From contig JAIRSI010000063.1 of assembly GCA_031255515.1 (NCBI GenBank), forward strand, positions 1,239 to 65,238: a stretch of 64,000 bases of DNA, in the 5' to 3' direction. Source of the DNA: Oscillospiraceae bacterium (GTDB lineage Bacteria > Bacillota > Clostridia > Oscillospirales > Acutalibacteraceae). The translations under genes and the position numbers were made by a program. The number at the start of each line of letters is the position of its first letter. The first letter of the stretch is position 1. Below are positions 58,211 through 64,000 of this stretch, piece after piece. The notes below the pieces were generated by a model. The model did not search any database, was not told the DNA's origin, and saw only the letters and a program-made list of their open reading frames with translations.

Positions 58211-58970
58211 TGCTAGTGAGTATTTCTTTGTATGTCGCAATTTTGTAGCCAATCTCTTCTTTTGAGCCTAGAATCAAATTAATCCTATCTTGATATTTTA
58301 AGGTAATTCTTCCAATATCTTCGACATTAATTTCGCTAATATTTTGTATGAGATCCGCCTCTTTAAGAGAGCACATTAAATCTTTTAAAACGGCTTTTTG
58401 ATCTTCATTTTCAGAACAAATTTCAGAGCCGATTTTTTGCCCTTGTAATTCTACACCTTTTATTACGACAACTTTTTCTATAAATCTTTTTGAAACTTCT
58501 AAAATTTTCAACGAAGAATTAACAATAAGAAAACCATCGCTGCCATCCTCTAGCACAGCCGCGGGCTCGCTTTCTTTTATTGTTAAAAGCAATTTCCCCG
58601 GCAGCTTTTTGTTAAACTCTATGCTTTCAATATATGGCAAATCTTTCTCTAATTTTTCTTTTGCAACTTTTTCACTGTATAAGACCAAATTTTCGTCATC
58701 TTTAAGGCTAATTTTTTCGATAATTTCTCTCTCACTGTACCTTAAATTTCCATTAATTTCAATCTCTTTAATTTTAAAAATCTTATAAAAACAGATATGC
58801 ACAAAATAGCAAATACAGGCCAGTACGCCCGCACCCGCTGATAGAATAATACTTCTGCCAAGTATTTTGCGCCTTTTGTGGGTTTTTGACGAAGCTTTGC
58901 CATTTAAGGTGTTTAGATTAGGCATCTTACTGCTTTTCTTTCTCACTTTACCTGTTTTCATTTTACTCAA
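58128..58970 (-). CDS. ftsQ: Cell division protein FtsQ/DivIB
   Basis: Basic N-terminus, a single TM helix and a POTRA-like IKEIEINGNLRYSEREI; overlaps the murA stop. Confidence 0.75.
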   Translation of the reverse strand: MSKMKTGKVRKKSSKMPNLNTLNGKASSKTHKRRKILGRSIILSAGAGVLACICYFVHICFYKIFKIKEIEINGNLRYSEREIIEKISLKDDENLVLYSEKVAKEKLEKDLPYIESIEFNKKLPGKLLLTIKESEPAAVLEDGSDGFLIVNSSLKILEVSKRFIEKVVVIKGVELQGQKIGSEICSENEDQKAVLKDLMCSLKEADLIQNISEINVEDIGRITLKYQDRINLILGSKEEIGYKIATYKEILTSKMNGDERGELDLTSAAKDNKTYFRQER

Positions 58971-60219
58971 TCCTTTTTACCAACGCTCCTATGGCTTTTA
59001 GATTCTCTTCTATATTTTCGTAGCCCCTATCAAGATGCCGAAGATCCAACAAACACGTTTCGCCCTGAGCTCCAAGACCCGCCACAACCATCGCCGCAGC
59101 TCCCCTTAAATCATAAGACTTTACGGTGGTTCCTTGCAAGTTATTTGTGCCTCTTACTATCGCCGTTTTTCCCTCAACTTTGATATTTGCCCCCAATCTT
59201 ACCAGTTCATCGACATGTTTATATCTACTTTCAAATATATTTTCAACAAATACACTGGTGCCTTGACAAAAAGCCGAAAGTGCCATAATAACCGCCTGGG
59301 CATCTGTGGGAAAGCCGGGATATGGCATGGTTCTTACAAGTTTTACGCATCTGGGACGATCTTCAACCCACAATCTTAGCTGTTTTTTGACAACACAAGT
59401 TTTGATTTTCATCTCTTCAAAAATGGGAAAGATAGCGCTGAGGTGCCGCGAACATATCCCTTCAAGCAGCACATCTCCCCCCGTCACTGCCGCTGCAGCC
59501 ATGTAGGTTGTCGCCGCTATCCTGTCGGGAATTATTCTGTGCTCGGTTCCTGTCAGCCTAGAAACGCCTTCTATGATCACAAAACCTTCTTTATTTGTAA
59601 AAATTTTGGCGCCACATTTATTTAAAAAGTTAATAAGATCGGTTATTTCAGGCTCTCTCGCGGCATTTATGATTTTAGTTTTGCCTTTTGCAAAAACAGA
59701 AGCCAATATTATATTTTCCGTTGCGCCTACGCTTGGAAAAGAAAGGGAAATTTCTCCGGACTTTAAAGATTTTTCAACGTGACATTCTATACAGCCGTGT
59801 TGTTCTTTTACTGTAACTCCCATTTGTTTTAGAGCTTTTAAATGCAAGTCTATGGGCCTGGGACCCAGTTCGCATCCGCCGGGAAAAGAAACTTTCGCCC
59901 GATTCATTCTAGAAACAATTGCACCTAGAAATATTATGGATGAACGCATTTGCCTCATTAAAAATTCCGGTATATCGTACCTATCTATACTGTTTGCGTT
60001 GATAATAACGTCATGTCCTTCTCTTTTAACTTTTGCACCTAAGTATTCCAAAATTTTTAATGATACATAAACATCAGACAAAATTGGACAGTTATGTATC
60101 ACGCATTCCTCTGAGCAAAGGATGGTTGATGCCAAAATGGGAAGTGCACTATTTTTGGCACCGTATATAGGGACTCGACCCTCAAGTCGACGATTCCCAC
60201 AGATCAGAAGTTTTGACAT
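58963..60219 (-). CDS. murA: UDP-N-acetylglucosamine 1-carboxyvinyltransferase
   Basis: GAKNSALPILA and the active-site Cys loop GGCELGPRPIDLH; 418 aa. Confidence 0.97.
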   Translation of the reverse strand: MSKLLICGNRRLEGRVPIYGAKNSALPILASTILCSEECVIHNCPILSDVYVSLKILEYLGAKVKREGHDVIINANSIDRYDIPEFLMRQMRSSIIFLGAIVSRMNRAKVSFPGGCELGPRPIDLHLKALKQMGVTVKEQHGCIECHVEKSLKSGEISLSFPSVGATENIILASVFAKGKTKIINAAREPEITDLINFLNKCGAKIFTNKEGFVIIEGVSRLTGTEHRIIPDRIAATTYMAAAAVTGGDVLLEGICSRHLSAIFPIFEEMKIKTCVVKKQLRLWVEDRPRCVKLVRTMPYPGFPTDAQAVIMALSAFCQGTSVFVENIFESRYKHVDELVRLGANIKVEGKTAIVRGTNNLQGTTVKSYDLRGAAAMVVAGLGAQGETCLLDLRHLDRGYENIEENLKAIGALVKRIE

Positions 60220-60672
60220 AATGTTCTTTCAGAGCCTCCTTTTTTAAAAAAGCGACACCTAATCAGTAAAGCTTTCTCACGAGCATAATATGCAAAACAG
60301 CGTTTTCTGTGTTAAAAGCAAGGCTCATAGCATTTGTTTTTAAATACGTTTTGAACTTTCACGATTCGCCGCTGGCGTTTAGAACTGACCTGCTACTCTA
60401 ACAAGATCGTGCGCCGCGCTTTGGTTTCTTCCTTAAAATATTGTCAATTGGACGATCATTTAACGCCTAACGCCAGACTAAATTTTCTAAAAATACCTTG
60501 TTGCGTTTTAAAAATTATGATAGAGTGAACTCAAAGGGTGAATCGTGGTAAAAAAATCTCAAATTTCGGCCCATGTCATCAATTTTATCGAAGATGCGTA
60601 TGATAAATGACGCTCTAATTATTGAATATTTTAAAATATCTGTTTATATTTTGAATTAAAAGGAGTAGGGGC

Positions 60673-61827
60673 ATGAGAGTATTGTTGGTCGGAGGCGGTA
60701 CAGCCGGACACATCAATCCTGCAATTGCAATAGGGAATTTTATAAGAAAATCTGAAAAAAATGCTCAAATTTTATATATTGGAGCCGTTGGAGGGATGGA
60801 AGAAAAATTAGTTACCAAGGCTGGATTTAAACTCAAAACTATAACAATATCTGGTTTTGACAGAAAAGTTAGTCTAGAAGCGGTAAAAAAGAATTTTTTA
60901 ACCCTAAAGAGATTAATAACTTCCATAGCAGAATCCAAAAAAATAATAAAAGATTTTTCTCCTGACATTTGCATAGGCACGGGCGGATATGTGAGCGGGC
61001 CTGTTTTAAAAGCTGCTCAGACAATGGGCATAAAAACAATTATACACGAACAAAACGCTTTGCCCGGCGTAACCACTAGATTACTCTCTAAAAAAGTCGA
61101 TTGCGTAATGATTGCCACTGAAATAGCAAGAAAATATCTAAACGGAAGTGACATAAGAGTAACGGGTAACCCGATCCGCGAAGACATACTGTCGTACGAC
61201 AAAGAGAGTGCGAAAAAATTATTAAATTTTGATGAAAGACCTGTTATTTTATCTTTTGGTGGAAGTTTGGGTTCAATTAAAATAAATAGCGCGGTGGCAG
61301 GTCTTATTGCACACACCGTATCCAAAGGCGCAAAATATCAACATATTCATGCCTACGGTCACTGTAATGGTGAGGAATTTTTAGAGCTTTTAAAAAATAA
61401 AGGGGTGGACCTAAAAAAACACAAAAATCTCATCATAGAAAAATATGTAGATATGCCCAAATGTCTTGCCGCGGCGGATCTAATTATTTCGCGGTCTGGA
61501 GCTATAACTATAAGCGAGTTGCAAGCTGCCGGAAAGGCATCCATTTTGATACCATCTCCAAACGTTGCAGAAAATCATCAATATCACAATGCAATGCAAC
61601 TAGCCTACAAAAAAGCCGCTAAAGTTATAGAAGAGGAGCATTTAACCAATCGCGTTTTGATAGATACAGTAGAAGATATGTTTGAAAACCGGGATGCTTT
61701 GAATATTTTTTCAAAAAACGCAAAAAAGATGGCAATACCCGATTCAGACAAAAAAATCTACGACATAATTAAAGAAGTGGTGAAAAAAACAAATTCTACC
61801 GGCGCATCAAAAGTGGGACATTGCTAA
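60673..61827 (+). CDS. murG: Undecaprenyl-PP-MurNAc-pentapeptide UDP-GlcNAc transferase
   Basis: GGGTAGHINPA N-terminus, GGSLGS, and the C-terminal half typical of GT28. Confidence 0.95.
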   Translation: MRVLLVGGGTAGHINPAIAIGNFIRKSEKNAQILYIGAVGGMEEKLVTKAGFKLKTITISGFDRKVSLEAVKKNFLTLKRLITSIAESKKIIKDFSPDICIGTGGYVSGPVLKAAQTMGIKTIIHEQNALPGVTTRLLSKKVDCVMIATEIARKYLNGSDIRVTGNPIREDILSYDKESAKKLLNFDERPVILSFGGSLGSIKINSAVAGLIAHTVSKGAKYQHIHAYGHCNGEEFLELLKNKGVDLKKHKNLIIEKYVDMPKCLAAADLIISRSGAITISELQAAGKASILIPSPNVAENHQYHNAMQLAYKKAAKVIEEEHLTNRVLIDTVEDMFENRDALNIFSKNAKKMAIPDSDKKIYDIIKEVVKKTNSTGASKVGHC

Positions 61828-62032
61828 GCCACAAAGCGCGCATAAGGTCAAGGCTCACCCCCCCTCGGGCGCCACACACGCTACGGGGGACGTATTCTGC
61901 TGCGCAGATAGTTTTTTATTTTAATTTGTATTTGCGATTTAAATCAATTTTGTGTACTATGAGTGTTATGGTATTTTAATTTTATATTTTTACTTTGAAA
62001 AATATAAGATAATCCCCAAATAGGAGGATAAA

Positions 62033-63040
62033 ATGGTAAGTTTCAGTGGTGCTTCGTGTCCTGAATGCAAAGTTAAATTTCAAGATCTAGACGATATAGT
62101 CGTATGTCCTGAGTGTGGCGCCCCTTATCATCGACAATGCTATGAAAAAGTCGGACATTGTCTATTTGAGGAAAAGCACAAAGATAAATTTAAGTGGAAA
62201 AGCCGATCAGCACACAGGCAAACTGGCACGTTAGAAGATGTAATCTGCCCCTCTTGCGGTCACAAAAACCCCCACAACGCCACCTATTGTGAAGATTGTA
62301 AATCTCGAATTACTAAGCGCCGAGGCGAGTTTGGTTCCACACAAAAGCTATCGCAAAAAGAAGTTTTTAATAACAGCAATTCGGCCTTGTTTGCTAAAGC
62401 TTCGTTTAGTGCGGAACCGCTTTTGGGCTTTAATCCCAAAGAAGAAATAGACGGCGTCGAGGCCAAAGATATAGCAAAATACGTGCAGAACAACCCAAAT
62501 TACTATCTAAACGCCTTTAGACTTATGAAACAAAAAAATAAGGGTCGCTTTAACTTTTCTGCGTTTTTATTTTCTGGCGCATGGCTTTTGTACCGCAAGC
62601 AATATAAAATCGGCGCCGTAGTGTCTGCGGTTTCGATGTTAATAAGCACAATTGCCCTTTGGGTGAATAGTTATTGTAGTGAAATTATTTATAACGACGT
62701 GCTAAAAAGTTTTAACTTGCCACCCGATTCTTTTGTTCCCCTTGAAAAATTGCCGGAGTTTCAAGAAAAGCTATTTTTGTTGCCCACTGGCAATGTGATT
62801 TTATTTTTCTTGCCAAACTTGCTTATGATTTTAGATTTTTGCATAATGGTAGTGTGTGGATTCAAAGGCAATAAGATTTATATGAGTGATTGCTTTCTTA
62901 AAATTAACAAAATAAAAAAAGAATCTAAATCAGAAGAAGAACTTGACCAAAAATTCTTGTTAGAAGGCGGGGTTAATTACCATATAGTTTGGGGTTTCGC
63001 TCTGATAATGTTATTATTGAGGCTGATCCCTTTTATGTAA
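62033..63040 (+). CDS. Zinc-ribbon membrane protein (DUF2628-like)
   Basis: Two CxxC...CxxC zinc ribbons (CPECK..CPECG; CPSCG..CEDCK) followed by several TM helices. Confidence 0.55.
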   Translation: MVSFSGASCPECKVKFQDLDDIVVCPECGAPYHRQCYEKVGHCLFEEKHKDKFKWKSRSAHRQTGTLEDVICPSCGHKNPHNATYCEDCKSRITKRRGEFGSTQKLSQKEVFNNSNSALFAKASFSAEPLLGFNPKEEIDGVEAKDIAKYVQNNPNYYLNAFRLMKQKNKGRFNFSAFLFSGAWLLYRKQYKIGAVVSAVSMLISTIALWVNSYCSEIIYNDVLKSFNLPPDSFVPLEKLPEFQEKLFLLPTGNVILFFLPNLLMILDFCIMVVCGFKGNKIYMSDCFLKINKIKKESKSEEELDQKFLLEGGVNYHIVWGFALIMLLLRLIPFM

Positions 63041-63089
63041 AATTTTAAAAAAATTTCTTGTAATATACGTAACAATGGAGGAAAAAATT

Positions 63090-64000
63090 TTGCCAACTAT
63101 ATTAGTTACCGGCGGGGCGGGCTATGTGGGCAGTCACACTTGTGTTGAACTATTAAATTCAGGCTATGATGTTATATCTGTTGACAATTGTTGCAACAGT
63201 TCCTCGGAATCTTTGCGCCGTATTGAAATGATTACTGGTAAAAAAATAGATTTTTATGAAGCAGACATAAGAAGTTACAAGATGTTATATAAAATTTTTA
63301 AGGAAAATAAAATAGATGCCGTAATTCATTTTGCCGGATTAAAAGCTGTGAGAGAGTCTGTTTTAAATCCTTTGCTTTATTACGACAATAATCTCTGCGG
63401 AACTATTAATCTTTGTAATATAATGAACAAATTTGGTATAAAAAGAATAGTATTTAGTTCGTCCGCTACTGTTTACAGTGATAGCTCCGCTCCCCCATTT
63501 GACGAAGAAATGCCAACGGGAGAGGTCAGTAATCCCTATGGAAGAAGTAAATATGTAATCGAAGAGATATTAAAAGATCTAAAAACGTCGGATAATGCGT
63601 GGAGTATATCCGTGTTGAGATATTTTAATCCTGTTGGCGCGCACGAAAGCGGAACAATAGGCGAGGATCCTCTTGGCATCCCTAATAATCTCATGCCTTT
63701 CGTCACAAAAGTTGCCCTAGGCTTGCTGCCTTGTCTGACTATTTTTTCAAAAGATTATAAAACTCGCGATGGAACTTGCATAAGAGACTATATACACGTT
63801 GTGGATCTTGCAAAAGGACACTTGTTGGCGCTCAAAGAAGTGCTGACAAAGAATACGATTGATATTTACAATCTTGGCACCGGCGTAGGATGCAGCGTTT
63901 TAGAATTGGTGGAGGCATTCGAAGAGGCTTGCAATGTTAAAATAAATTATAAAATAGGAGGAAAAAGACAAGGAGATTTGCCAATTGTCTATGCGAATGT
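63090..64000 (+). CDS. galE: UDP-glucose 4-epimerase (partial, runs off the window end)
   Basis: TTG start 9 nt after GGAGGA; ILVTGGAGYVGSH, NPYGRSKY (YxxxK). Not in the ORF track because no stop falls within the window. Confidence 0.9.
   Translation, partial: MPTILVTGGAGYVGSHTCVELLNSGYDVISVDNCCNSSSESLRRIEMITGKKIDFYEADIRSYKMLYKIFKENKIDAVIHFAGLKAVRESVLNPLLYYDNNLCGTINLCNIMNKFGIKRIVFSSSATVYSDSSAPPFDEEMPTGEVSNPYGRSKYVIEEILKDLKTSDNAWSISVLRYFNPVGAHESGTIGEDPLGIPNNLMPFVTKVALGLLPCLTIFSKDYKTRDGTCIRDYIHVVDLAKGHLLALKEVLTKNTIDIYNLGTGVGCSVLELVEAFEEACNVKINYKIGGKRQGDLPIVYAN

Overview
Low-GC Bacillota (Clostridia-like) chromosomal window. All family calls rest on motif recognition by eye; no searches were run. 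The flanks are housekeeping: the hrcA-grpE-dnaK operon with a CIRCE operator, clpB, glyQS, folE, cell-wall genes (PBP4-type dacB, S66 carboxypeptidase, GH3 NagZ-like, murI, ddl, ftsQ/divIB, murA, murG), rbfA, truB, nrnA, tRNA-Ala(CGC) and a partial galE. The flanks also carry many decayed genes and several tandem repeats, including a roughly 1.3-kb array of 52-bp units where dnaJ would be expected. The main result is a tightly packed, all-minus-strand operon of about 24 kb (27.0-51.4 kb) that looks more AT-rich than its surroundings. It combines a T4-like 5-hydroxymethyl-pyrimidine nucleotide module with carrier-protein chemistry, tailoring enzymes and export. The nucleotide module has two thymidylate-synthase-fold proteins (one with the Asn->Asp cytosine-specificity signature), an embedded SHMT paralogue, a dTMP-kinase-like kinase, a GT2 and a nonsense-disrupted CMP/dCMP-deaminase-like ORF. 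The carrier-protein part has a carrier-less NRPS adenylation protein, an ANL ligase, three free carrier proteins, two BtrH-like transferases and an Sfp-type PPTase. Tailoring and export genes are a B12-radical SAM enzyme, a carbamoyltransferase, an APH-fold kinase, a nucleotidyltransferase, a Cof phosphatase and a heterodimeric ABC exporter. I interpret it as a candidate, possibly undescribed, acyl/peptidyl-nucleoside biosynthetic pathway. Novelty cannot be established without database searches.
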